Origin: Candidatus Hecatella orcuttiae
GTDB taxonomy: Archaea; Thermoproteota; Bathyarchaeia; Hecatellales; Hecatellaceae
NCBI GenBank assembly: GCA_002011035.2
Contig: MTLY02000003.1
Coordinates: 352,001-416,000, forward strand
DNA length: 64,000 nucleotides
Reading direction: 5' to 3'
Shown: positions 9,610 through 19,250 of the stretch, one piece after another
Numbering within the stretch: the first letter of the stretch is position 1
How the letters are laid out: every line of letters begins with the position of its first letter
Position numbers and translations under genes: made by a program
Notes under the pieces: generated by a model
The model's database searches: none
Told to the model about the DNA's origin: nothing
What the model saw: only the letters and a program-made list of their open reading frames with translations

Positions 9610-11298
9610 GTGACGTGTTTGCCTAGCTTGATGAGGAAAAGTGTTTCCTTAACTATCCTCCTGATCTTGGTGTTATCCGTCCAGACTCTTCCGTCCGCTC
9701 AGGCTCAAGAGCCTTACAGTCCCGTCGACCTAACGTTGACGGTGTACAGCGATGGATTCGTCCATGTGGAATACCTTCTCGAGGTAGACGTGGCTTATCC
9801 GAGGATCACCGTTACGCTATTCGGGCGCACTTTTGAAAACCTACTCATTACCGACGAAGATGGGCTGCCGTTAGATTACTTCCTCTCTGAAGGCGAGGTC
9901 ACAGTCGACACGTTGGGAGCGAGGAGGGTGAAGATCACCTATGACACATTGGATTTAACAAGCCGCGTAGGTAGAACATGGACTCTGACCGTAAACACCC
10001 CTGTAGAGGCCGTCATAACATTCCCAAGGGACTTCACCTTGATCAGCCTAAACCAAGTGCCCGTGGCCTTGGAAAAGACTGAGGGGCAACTTCAGCTTAC
10101 CATGCCTTCGGGGCTGCAGGAGATAGTCTACGCCCTCACCATATCTGCACCGGCGCCACCGAAAGAGTTTCAGGTTGGTAACCTCAAAATCAGCCCAGTC
10201 GACGTAGTGGTAGGCGAGGAAATAACCGTCACGGTGGATGTGGTGAATATAGGAGAAGAAACAGGCACGGCTACTGTGACACTTAAGGTCAACGGAGTGG
10301 TTGAAGCTGAAAAAGAAGTTACGCTGGCTGGGGGTGCATCGCAGACTGTATCCTTCACTCTAACTTGGGACACAGCAGGAGTATACGAAGTTCAGGTTGA
10401 CAGCCTCGTTGAGACGATCACTGTCACCAAGGCTGCAAGTGTAATCACCGTTTCAGTTTCCCCGACGCAGATCGATAAAGGCGAATCGGTTACCGTGTCA
10501 GGGTTGATTTCGCCCCCAGTCCCGGGTGTGGAGGTTTACTTGGCTTATATGAAAGCTGGAGACGTGGTCGTGGAGAGAACAGTGACCACGGCTTCCGACG
10601 GGTCTTTCACCGATGTCTATGTCCCGGATGCCGGCGGCTCTTGGAGCATCACAGCTCGGTGGGAAGGCAACGAGCAGTATCAGGGAGCGATGAGTTCCCC
10701 GGCTGGTTTTGAAGTAGTGGATAAAGGCTGCGTCATCGCCACCGCCACCTACGGGTCGGAGTTGGCAGCTGAGGTTCAGTTTCTCCGCGGCTTCAGGGAG
10801 AACACGGTCTATTCAACGTTCGCCGGAAGCCGTTTCATGGAGGTCTTCAACGCTTTCTATTATAGCTGGAGTCCTACGGTGGCCGGCGTGATCTGGAGCC
10901 ACAGCGCCCTGCAAACGGTGGGAAGGATGCTGATCACACCGCTTCTAGGGATTCTCCACGTTTCAACAGCGGTCAATTCGGTTTTCAGCTTCAACCCTGA
11001 ACTGGGAATAGTGGCAACTGGACTGGTTGCAAGCTCCCTAATAGGCCTCGTATACTTCTTCCCGGTAGGTTGGGTGCTGGTGAAGGCTGTGAGGAGGCGT
11101 TGGGGTGCCGTTCCGAAAACCGGATGCCTTAAATCTTTACTGATCCCTTGGGCTGCCAGTCTGGGTTTGATCGGCCTCGCGGAGGCTCTGGCCTCCTCGG
11201 TTTTAATGATGGTAGGCGCAGGGATGCTGGTGGTCTTCACCGTAGGACTAACAGCGGGAACCCTCGCTCTAGGAACAGTGAACCTTCTCAAAAAATAG
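9610..11298 (+). CDS. Cell-surface protein: beta domain + CARDB/Ig-like domains + CFI-box-CTERM + TM helices
   Basis: Signal peptide; VTVDVVNIGEETGTATVTLKVNG (CARDB-like); [25 protein letters not shown] motif. Confidence 0.8.
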   Translation: MTCLPSLMRKSVSLTILLILVLSVQTLPSAQAQEPYSPVDLTLTVYSDGFVHVEYLLEVDVAYPRITVTLFGRTFENLLITDEDGLPLDYFLSEGEVTVDTLGARRVKITYDTLDLTSRVGRTWTLTVNTPVEAVITFPRDFTLISLNQVPVALEKTEGQLQLTMPSGLQEIVYALTISAPAPPKEFQVGNLKISPVDVVVGEEITVTVDVVNIGEETGTATVTLKVNGVVEAEKEVTLAGGASQTVSFTLTWDTAGVYEVQVDSLVETITVTKAASVITVSVSPTQIDKGESVTVSGLISPPVPGVEVYLAYMKAGDVVVERTVTTASDGSFTDVYVPDAGGSWSITARWEGNEQYQGAMSSPAGFEVVDKGCVIATATYGSELAAEVQFLRGFRENTVYSTFAGSRFMEVFNAFYYSWSPTVAGVIWSHSALQTVGRMLITPLLGILHVSTAVNSVFSFNPELGIVATGLVASSLIGLVYFFPVGWVLVKAVRRRWGAVPKTGCLKSLLIPWAASLGLIGLAEALASSVLMMVGAGMLVVFTVGLTAGTLALGTVNLLKK

Positions 11299-11406
11299 GC
11301 TGATCCAAGGCGTCGTAGGCTTCCTCAACCTTTCTTTTCCTTGAATTTATTCGACTTCTGAATGGAGACATATTTTTATGTTTATTTTTTCTTTCTTTTA
11401 TGAGGC

Positions 11407-11671
11407 ATGTTGAGTACTTATGAAAAAGGAGCCGAACTCGAGAAGTCGGTAGCTCGTTTATTTGCTCATAAAGGTTATGAGGTTAAGCATGATGTGAAAT
11501 TTCAAGGTAGATCAGGAGTTGAACATCAGATAGATGTTTATGCTGAATACAAAGCTCCTTTACACATTTCGAAGATAATTGTTGAATGTAAGGCTCATGA
11601 TAGGCCGATAGATAAAAGACAGAGTTATTAAACTCCTTCAGGAGGTACAGGACATAGGAGTTGACAATGGC
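11407..11671 (+). pseudogene. Frameshifted, truncated Mrr-like PD-(D/E)XK restriction endonuclease
   Basis: KGAELEKSVARLF...GRSGVEHQIDV...IVECKAH; an extra A after GATAAA breaks the frame, which resumes as DRVIKLLQEVQDIGVDNG and then degenerates. Confidence 0.7.
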
Positions 11672-12185
11672 TGTCGACGACCTCCCAGTCGATGACGACG
11701 GTCTTATTCACGTCAGGAAAACTCTTTCTAGGGGCAGCTTATTTACCTTTCCGCTGGAGGGATGAGGCTAGCACCTATACTGGTGTGGCGCAAGTCCCTA
11801 ACAAGTCATACAATTAGCTTTCCCGTCTATGGATCTGCAAAAATGGTTCTTGAAAAACAGCAACAAGAAGCTTCCAGTCGCAACAGGTTCTCAAGCTCAG
11901 CATAATAATTTTCGATTTTTGTAAAGTTTTTAAACACAAAAGGGAAAAGATAAATTTCACATCTAAACTGAAGGTTGCCTGAATTGATTTAACGTTAAAA
12001 ATACTCCGTGAAAGAAAACTTTTTTCACGGTAGATATCTGCCCCAAAAGGTTGATTATCGACGTTTAAAGCCAAAAACATAGTTTTCTTGGTGAGGATGG
12101 ACTGTTGAGACGGCCAATGATGGATGTTTTAGTTTCAGGTTTCTTCGGAATGTTTGGACGCATTACATTTTTTGTCTTAGTCTTG

Positions 12186-12931
12186 TTAACTGCAAGGCTT
12201 CTCGGTCCCGAAGATTACATGCCTAGGTACGCAGAAGATGCATGAGAAAAGGGCAGCCTCATGAAGTCCACATTTGTGGGCAGGAAGAGCCGACGACTTC
12301 AAAATCATGATACTTATCGACGGGAAAATCATCTCTGTCTGGAAAAGGTAAATAGTCAAGATTTTCCAGAAGTTTTCTTCTGTTTACTGTAACGGTATCG
12401 TTAGCCCTGAACGCTAGGCCGTCTATCTCCTTAAGCCGATTTACACCGTCCTTGCTTAAGGTCTCTACGAGTTCTTTTAAGGTAACTTCATATTCTCCTA
12501 TCAAGCAAAAATCTATGTGGTTATATCTTTCTAGGATTTCACGTGGGAAGACCGAGGAGTGTGTGCCCGTAAGTACGATATAGCATCCTACCTATTCCTT
12601 AATTTCTCGAGCAAGTTCAACATCATAGGGAAAACTTATCGTCGGTGTTTCGATTAAAACTCGGTCAGGGTTATGTTTTTTTACAACGTTAACAAGTTCT
12701 TTACGTGTTAAATCCATTGCTACACCATCGATACCCTTGACATCGGCGTCCGTATCACGTTTAAGCAAAGCTGTTGCATAACCAAGATAGAAAGAATATG
12801 GACAGTAATGGCCCGTTTCACATTTTTCATCCGAGAAGATACTGAAGCTCCAACGGCTACCGACTTTAATAAAGTGTCTAGAGGAATTCTCCTCGTCGAA
12901 AGCGGCGGGGATTTAAAAGCAGAACCTTCAA
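12186..12931 (-). pseudogene. Degraded B12-binding radical SAM gene
   Basis: MKVLLLNP (frameshift) ...YLGYATALLK...IGEYE...LPFPDRD...TS*GCPF(frameshift)SCIFC (CxxxCxxC); internal TAG 12592-12594 and TGA 12259-12261. Confidence 0.8.
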
Positions 12932-13062
12932 ATTTATCACGAACCTAACAGAACTTAAAAGTAGAGAGATAATTTAAGCCTTACTTATTTCTAAGCATTG
13001 ATAGTCGTGGTGGTTACTGGTTAAAAAGCTTAAATTTTTAATTAAATAGAGGTAAAGGGAGC

Positions 13063-13605
13063 ATGGGTAAGAATTTAGTCCTTGACGTGGGTTGTGGTAG
13101 AAGTAAGCAGGGGGACGTTAACGTTGACATAGACCCAACGGTTAAACCTGACGTCGTTGCCGACATGCACCACTTGCCGTTTCAAGATAAAAGTTTTAAC
13201 AAGGTTTTTATTACTCATGCTTTTGAGCATAGCGGTAATCCTGAACTGTTACTGAGAGAACTCACGAGGGTTTCTAAAACGCAAGTGACGATAATCGTGC
13301 CAAACGCTTTAGCGCTTTTCTATTTTGCCATCTATTTAATAACTGCTCATAGATGGAATGCTGTGAGAAGTTGGCTTTATGGTGTTGGGCAATCTCCTTC
13401 AGCACGACATAGAAGGATTTACACTCCGTTTTCACTTTACAGGTTTATACAGAGGGAAGGGTTTAGATTAAGCGTAAAGACGAAGTCACGTTGGTATTAC
13501 AGAAGGTGCATGAGGATGTTGATGGGAATTTTAAGTAAAATTTCAGTGGTTTTTGGCGACGAAGTCGAAGCGACGATATACTTAGAAGAAGCGGGAACTA
13601 ACTGA
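13063..13605 (+). CDS. Class I SAM-dependent methyltransferase
   Basis: VLDVGCG, VADMHHLPFQDKSF, HAFEH. Confidence 0.85.
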   Translation: MGKNLVLDVGCGRSKQGDVNVDIDPTVKPDVVADMHHLPFQDKSFNKVFITHAFEHSGNPELLLRELTRVSKTQVTIIVPNALALFYFAIYLITAHRWNAVRSWLYGVGQSPSARHRRIYTPFSLYRFIQREGFRLSVKTKSRWYYRRCMRMLMGILSKISVVFGDEVEATIYLEEAGTN

Positions 13606-13663
13606 TCGTGAAGCATTCATAACTTAGTCTAATGTCTTCCCGGAGAAGTGATGGCGGGGAACC

Positions 13664-14599
13664 ATGAACCTCTTCTGGTTAACACTGCACTATACACCTA
13701 AGAAGCCGCTGGGAGGCGTTAACAGATATAGCGTGGAAGTGGTGGAAAGGCTTAAACGATTTATCGACGTTAAAGTTATTCACGACGGAAAACCTTGGAT
13801 TGGGACCTCCATCTGGGTTTTAAAAACAGCCCTAAAACTAAGAAAGTTAAAGAAGGATGAGCCTTCGATAATACATGCAGCAAATTTTAGAGCAGCGTTG
13901 CCACCGGCTTTGGCGGAGAAAAAATTTGTTTTAACCTTCCATGATGTAGCGCCCATGAGAATGTATAAGTTTAGAGGTTATCTCCAAAGGTTGGCGGCTA
14001 GAAAGGCTGCGGCCATAATAACCCCAACGAACGCCGTTAGAGAAGCCTTACTCAGGGAAGCACCCAACGTCGCCGATAAGGTTAGGGTGATTCCTAATGG
14101 CGTTGATTGTAGAAAATTTAAACCCATCCTAAAGGAAAAATCTGAAAAACCAACCATAGGTTATGTGGGTAGGAGGGCAGCTTATAAGGTTAGTCTTATT
14201 CCAAGGATAGTCAGATTACTTCCATCCTATTACAGGTTTAAATTTGCTGAAGGAGATCTTGACGACACTCAGCTTTGCATTTTTTATAACTCATGTCATT
14301 TAATTCTTGTTTCAAGCCCGCCATATGCTGAAGGTTTTTCGCTCGTAACGGTTGAAGCCTTAGCGTGCGGGACACCGGTTGTAGCGACCGATAATCCGGC
14401 CATCAGAGAAATCGTGAACGGTTATGCATTTTATAGCAGATATGAAGTCGAAGAGTTTGTTAAAAAAATTAGGTGGGTAATCGAAAACTATGATGATGCA
14501 AGGAAAAAGGCGTTAGAAGGAAGGAAGTATGTGGATGAAAACCTAGACTGGGATAAAACGGCGGCCATGAACCTCAAATTATATAAAGAACTACTCTAG
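13664..14599 (+). CDS. Glycosyltransferase family 4
   Basis: VIPNGVD, EGFSLVTVEALACGTPVV. Confidence 0.9.
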   Translation: MNLFWLTLHYTPKKPLGGVNRYSVEVVERLKRFIDVKVIHDGKPWIGTSIWVLKTALKLRKLKKDEPSIIHAANFRAALPPALAEKKFVLTFHDVAPMRMYKFRGYLQRLAARKAAAIITPTNAVREALLREAPNVADKVRVIPNGVDCRKFKPILKEKSEKPTIGYVGRRAAYKVSLIPRIVRLLPSYYRFKFAEGDLDDTQLCIFYNSCHLILVSSPPYAEGFSLVTVEALACGTPVVATDNPAIREIVNGYAFYSRYEVEEFVKKIRWVIENYDDARKKALEGRKYVDENLDWDKTAAMNLKLYKELL

Positions 14600-15060
14600 A
14601 CGGTAAAACCCTCTCTACCTGAAGAAGACTACGAACTGGTAACTAGTTAAAAATAAAAGATTAGATCCGAATATTTTTTTAGTACGGCTAACAATATCCT
14701 TTAGATGTAGCGTTAAATAGCTTATAAAGCAACCTCGGTGGTAACAGGGCTACCCTTAGCCATGTTCGCCAACCAACGCTTAACCGAGTATCCTGAAAAT
14801 AGGAATAATTTTTGGAAGTTTTTCCAGCTTCGAATGTTCCTAGAAGGGGCTGCCTTATACCAGAAATTCGCTTAGGGGTATAGATACGGCAGGTTTCTTT
14901 GAGGATGGACGGATTCTGCCAGATACTAGAAAAAGTAGCTTTCATCATAAAATTAATTCTTGTCGCTTGATTTTGAGTTGCGAATCTGCCTTTTTGGAAT
15001 CCCTTGTGAAGTGAGATAATGTATTAAAGCGAGGTCTTAACCCTTAGGTGCTGGTGGGAA

Positions 15061-15918
15061 TTGAAGCCAGGTCTGCCGTTGCTTTTGCTGCTGGGGACGA
15101 TGAGGGTTCAGCGGACGCTGCCCAGCGCGGCCTCTTCAGCTGCCTCTCTTGTCTTGGTAGGGTTGACCTCGGAGCTGTGGAGGTTTCTCCTCTTCCCCCT
15201 GAGCATGGCCTTGTTCCACATGGCTTCCAGCGTGGTCAACGACCTCTCCGATTGCTCCGTGGACAGGGTGAACGTCCCTGGGAGGGCGCTGCCTTCCGGA
15301 AGGGTGTCGCGGGGATTCCTTCAGGCGCTGTTCGTTCTCCTCTTCGGAGGCGGGCTTCTTGCAGCTTTTGCGCTGGATTTCCTCTACTTCCTCGCCGCGG
15401 GGACTTTCGGCTTTATTTACGTTTTAGCCTACAGCTACGGTCCCTCTTTCAAAAATCGCCCCTTAGGCTCGTTTGCATACTATACTCTTTCAGGCTCTGC
15501 GGCTCCCTATGTCATGGCGTCGCTGATGGCGCGGAGCCTCGGCTTCGACAGCCTAGTCTTCGCTTCCCTCTTAGCCTTGCTGGCTACCTGCGCAGTGATG
15601 GGGTCGATGGGTGATTATGAGGGGGATCTCCGAGGGGGGAAGAAAACTCTCCCAGTGGCTTTGGGATTCGACAGAGCCAGACGGGTGCTCGCGGCCATGG
15701 TCTTGGGCGCTGCGGCAGCATATCCGGCTCTCTACCATGTCTTCAGTTTTTCACCCGCTTTTCCCATCTTCGCCGTGCTGCCCCTAAGCCTCAGAGCGGC
15801 TCTGTTCTATCTGGTTTTACGCTGCAATAATCCTCAAGCCTTCCGAAGGCTCAGCCCCTTGTACAGGGTTCTCATAGCCGCGGACATGACTGTCTTGGCT
15901 TTGACTTGGGAAGGTTGA
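15061..15918 (+). CDS. UbiA-family prenyltransferase
   Basis: NDLSDCSVDRVN...LPSG, YSYGPSFK, DYEGDLRGGKKTLPVALG; multiple TM segments. Confidence 0.85.
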   Translation: MKPGLPLLLLLGTMRVQRTLPSAASSAASLVLVGLTSELWRFLLFPLSMALFHMASSVVNDLSDCSVDRVNVPGRALPSGRVSRGFLQALFVLLFGGGLLAAFALDFLYFLAAGTFGFIYVLAYSYGPSFKNRPLGSFAYYTLSGSAAPYVMASLMARSLGFDSLVFASLLALLATCAVMGSMGDYEGDLRGGKKTLPVALGFDRARRVLAAMVLGAAAAYPALYHVFSFSPAFPIFAVLPLSLRAALFYLVLRCNNPQAFRRLSPLYRVLIAADMTVLALTWEG

Positions 15919-16013
15919 AGGGTTGCCTTTTTCTCAAGGGAGGGGAAACACTAAAAGTAGGTTTCCTTCTATCTTAGGTGGAGGCTTCTCCGACCGTTGA
16001 GGGGGAATGAAAC

Positions 16014-18026
16014 CTGGCCCGGTGGATGATCGGCTCCGCTTGGCCGTACATCAACTACATGCCTCACCTAGGGACCATCATAGGCTCCGTTCTCTCCGCG
16101 GATGTGGCGGCCAGATACCTGAGGATGAAGGGAGAGGACGTGGTCCTCGTCAGCGGCTCGGATGAGCATGGAACCCCCATCGAACTGGAGGCGGTCAGGC
16201 AGGGGATTCCCCCGAAAAAGCTCACCGACGAAAACCACCGGAAGGTTAAGAAGCTGTTTGAAAGGTGGGCGCTTTCCTTCGACAACTACACCCGAACGGA
16301 GAGCCCTGTCCACATCAGGTTCGTCCAGGATTTTTTCAGAAAAATCTACTCCAACGGCTACATCTTCACTGAGGAGGTGGTCTTCCCCCACTGCCCCCGC
16401 TGCCGCCGTTTTCTACCGGACAGGTTTATTCAGGGGAAATGCCCCCGCTGCGGCTTCGAAGCCGCCCGGGGAGACCAGTGTGACGCCTGCGGCTGGCCTT
16501 TGGATCCCTCCAAGCTTGTGGAGCCGGTTTGCGCCCTCTGCGGGGAAACCCCCAGCCCTAAGACGACCAAGCACTGGTATTTCGACCTGCCTCGCTTTAC
16601 CCATCAACTGGAAAGCTATGTCAAGGAGAATCCCCGCCTGCCTGAGAACGCCCGGAACTTCTCCCTGAACCTGATCCGGGAGGGCTTGAAGCCTAGGCCT
16701 ATAACCCGGGATACGGAGTGGGGTATCCCCGCTCCCTTCCCAGGCGCGGAGGGTAAGACTATCTACGTGTGGATGGAGGCGGTCTTGGGATATGTTTCCG
16801 CCACCTTGGAGCATTTCCAGCGGCTGGGGCAGGAGGACCGGTGGAGGGATTTCTGGCTTGACCCGGAGGCCAGAACCGTCTACTTCATCGGGAAGGACAA
16901 CATTCCCTTCCACACCATCATCCTCCCTGCGCTCCTTCTGGCTTCGGGGGAAGGCTACAACCTTCCTTGGACGGTGAACTCCACGGAGTTCCTGATGTTC
17001 GAGGGGCAGAAGTTTTCCAAAAGCCGCCGGATAGGCATCTGGATCGATGAGGCGCTGCGGATGTTCCCAGCGGACTATTGGAGGTACACCCTCATTTCCA
17101 TAAGGCCTGAGGTCAAGGACACCAGCTTCTCCTGGAGCACCTTCTTGGAGAAGGTTAACTCCGACCTCAACGACACCTTCGGAAACTTGGTCCACAGGAC
17201 GCTGACCTTCATTGGCAGGCATTTTGAAGGAAAAATTCCTACCCCTGAAGCCTTGGACATCTACGACGGGGAAATGTTGAAGGTTGCCAAAGAAGCGCAG
17301 AAAGAGTTTGAAAGAAACTTGGAGCAGTTTAAGCTTCAAGCCGCCGTTCTAACCGTCATGGACCTCGCCCGGAAAGCCAACAAGTACGTCAACGACAAAG
17401 AACCTTGGAGAACCGTGAAAACAGAGCCCTCCAAGGCAGCGGCCACCCTCTACGTGGCTGCCAAGATTGTGAAAACCCTAGGCATCCTCCTACAGCCCTT
17501 CATTCCCTCCACGGCGGATGTGCTTCTGGAAAAATTCGGAGTAAAACCGGGGGAGTCCCGGAAACTTTGGGATGAACTCCGGAAAGAACTAGCCTCCGGG
17601 CAGAAGCTGGGCAAACCTAAAGTTCTCTTTAAGAAGACAAGTTTGGAGGAGGTGGAGAAAAAGCTGAAAGAACTGGAGCAGGCTGGGAAAAAGGAGGAAA
17701 GGATTTCAGCGGAGGAGCTTTCAAGGCTAAACTTGAGGGTAGGCCGGATCGTCGATGTTCAACCGGTAGCCGGGTCGAGGAAGCTTCTCCGGTTGAAGAT
17801 AGACCTAGGAGAGGAGGGTGTGAAAGCAGCGGCAGCCGGCTTGGGCGAGTGCTACCAGCCTGAGGAGCTGAGGGATAGGCTGGTGGCGGTGGTGGCTAAC
17901 ATTCAGCCTGTCAAAATCTTAGGCGTCCACTCTGAGGTCATGGTGCTGGCCGCCGACGACGGCACGGGGAAGTTCGCCTTGCTGACTCCGGACAGGGCTG
18001 TGAAATCAGGGAGCAAGATACGCTGA
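16014..18026 (+). CDS. metG: Methionyl-tRNA synthetase with C-terminal tRNA-binding domain
   Basis: SAWPY, HLGT, DEHGT, Zn knuckles, KFSKS; first ATG at 16026, possible CTG start at 16014. Confidence 0.97.
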   Translation: MARWMIGSAWPYINYMPHLGTIIGSVLSADVAARYLRMKGEDVVLVSGSDEHGTPIELEAVRQGIPPKKLTDENHRKVKKLFERWALSFDNYTRTESPVHIRFVQDFFRKIYSNGYIFTEEVVFPHCPRCRRFLPDRFIQGKCPRCGFEAARGDQCDACGWPLDPSKLVEPVCALCGETPSPKTTKHWYFDLPRFTHQLESYVKENPRLPENARNFSLNLIREGLKPRPITRDTEWGIPAPFPGAEGKTIYVWMEAVLGYVSATLEHFQRLGQEDRWRDFWLDPEARTVYFIGKDNIPFHTIILPALLLASGEGYNLPWTVNSTEFLMFEGQKFSKSRRIGIWIDEALRMFPADYWRYTLISIRPEVKDTSFSWSTFLEKVNSDLNDTFGNLVHRTLTFIGRHFEGKIPTPEALDIYDGEMLKVAKEAQKEFERNLEQFKLQAAVLTVMDLARKANKYVNDKEPWRTVKTEPSKAAATLYVAAKIVKTLGILLQPFIPSTADVLLEKFGVKPGESRKLWDELRKELASGQKLGKPKVLFKKTSLEEVEKKLKELEQAGKKEERISAEELSRLNLRVGRIVDVQPVAGSRKLLRLKIDLGEEGVKAAAAGLGECYQPEELRDRLVAVVANIQPVKILGVHSEVMVLAADDGTGKFALLTPDRAVKSGSKIR

Positions 18027-18697
18027 TGCAGCTTAAACTCGACCTCCACGTTCACACAGTCTACTCGGGGGACAGTGTCATCACCCTTAAAAAAGCCGTG
18101 GAGGCCGCTGAGAAGGCGGGACTGGACGGCATAGCCATAACCGACCACGACACCGTTGATGCTTTAAAGGAGATACCCTCCCACTCCTCCATTCTCATTC
18201 TCGAAGGCATAGAAGTCTCCAGTCTCCAAGGCCACATCCTAGGCCTAGGAGTCTCAGCGCGCATCCCACAAGGCCTCCCCGCATCCGACACCGTTGACAG
18301 AATCCGCCGTCTGGGAGGTGTGGCGGTGGTGGCCCATCCCTTCAACTTCCTGAAGAGAAGCCTAAACGGCGAGGCCATTAGGCGGCTGAAGCCTGACGCC
18401 GTGGAGGCTATCAACGCCTCATCCATTCTGCCCCTTACCATCCGGAAGGCTGTGCAGGCTGCGAGGGAACTGGGCCTCCCCCAGGTGGGGGGGAGCGACT
18501 CCCATATCCCCGAGACCATCGGGAAAGCCTACACGCTGGTGGAGGTGGAGGAAGCCAGCCGGGAGGCTGTTCTCCAAGCCCTCAAGGCTGGGAAAACCAG
18601 GGCGGAGGGGAGGAAGATCTCTCCCGTGGATTTTCTGCGCAAGATAGGCTGGCAGATGAAGATAAAAGGGGGATGCACGTTCCTCCCCTTCAGATGA
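18026..18697 (+). CDS. PHP-domain metal-dependent phosphoesterase
   Basis: DLHVHT, ITDHD, AHP, GGSDSH. Confidence 0.9.
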   Translation: MQLKLDLHVHTVYSGDSVITLKKAVEAAEKAGLDGIAITDHDTVDALKEIPSHSSILILEGIEVSSLQGHILGLGVSARIPQGLPASDTVDRIRRLGGVAVVAHPFNFLKRSLNGEAIRRLKPDAVEAINASSILPLTIRKAVQAARELGLPQVGGSDSHIPETIGKAYTLVEVEEASREAVLQALKAGKTRAEGRKISPVDFLRKIGWQMKIKGGCTFLPFR

Positions 18698-18788
18698 AAG
18701 TTTTCCCTTCAGCCCTCGCGCAGCTCAACTTTTCCGGGATGAAACTTTTTTGAGAGGCTACTCTAAAAACAACTTGGGAAAGCGGCTG

Positions 18789-19250
18789 TTGAAAGTCTAC
18801 ACCGTGGGGCATTCCACTCGAAGCCTTCCAGAGTTTCTGAGGCTTCTCAAAGCCTACAGTGTCCGCGTCCTCGTTGACGTGCGCAGGTTTCCCGGCTCCA
18901 AGAAGTTTCCCCATTTCAACAGAGAAAACTTGGAGGCAGTGCTCCCCCGGAAAGGTATCCGCTATCTCTGGCTGGGAAAGTCTTTGGGGGGATTCAGGAA
19001 GGGAGGCTACCGTGAGCATCTGAAGACCCCGGAGTTCAAGACGGGACTTGAGAAGGTGACTGAGACAGCGGCTGAGGCCTCCGCAGCCATCATGTGCGCT
19101 GAAGCCCTATGGTTTCGATGCCATCGGAGGTTCATAGCCGACAGGCTGGCTCGCCGCGGATTCACGGTCCTCCACATCTTGGATGAGAAGAGGACGTATC
19201 TCCACCGCCTAGGCCGCCGAGTTCGGGGGGAGGCGGAGGCTAAAACCTAA
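18789..19250 (+). CDS. DUF488 family protein
   Basis: YTVGHSTRS, LVDVRRFPGS, MCAEALWFRCHRRFIAD; TTG start chosen by homology. Confidence 0.85.
   Translation: MKVYTVGHSTRSLPEFLRLLKAYSVRVLVDVRRFPGSKKFPHFNRENLEAVLPRKGIRYLWLGKSLGGFRKGGYREHLKTPEFKTGLEKVTETAAEASAAIMCAEALWFRCHRRFIADRLARRGFTVLHILDEKRTYLHRLGRRVRGEAEAKT

Noticed and set aside
11814-12080. 88-aa ORF (and 14688-14948) as genes
   Set aside because: No recognisable motifs; lie in a decayed region, so left uncalled
12592-12594. In-frame TAG in the B12 radical-SAM gene as a second pyrrolysine site
   Set aside because: The gene also has two frameshifts, an in-frame TGA and a truncation, so it is decayed
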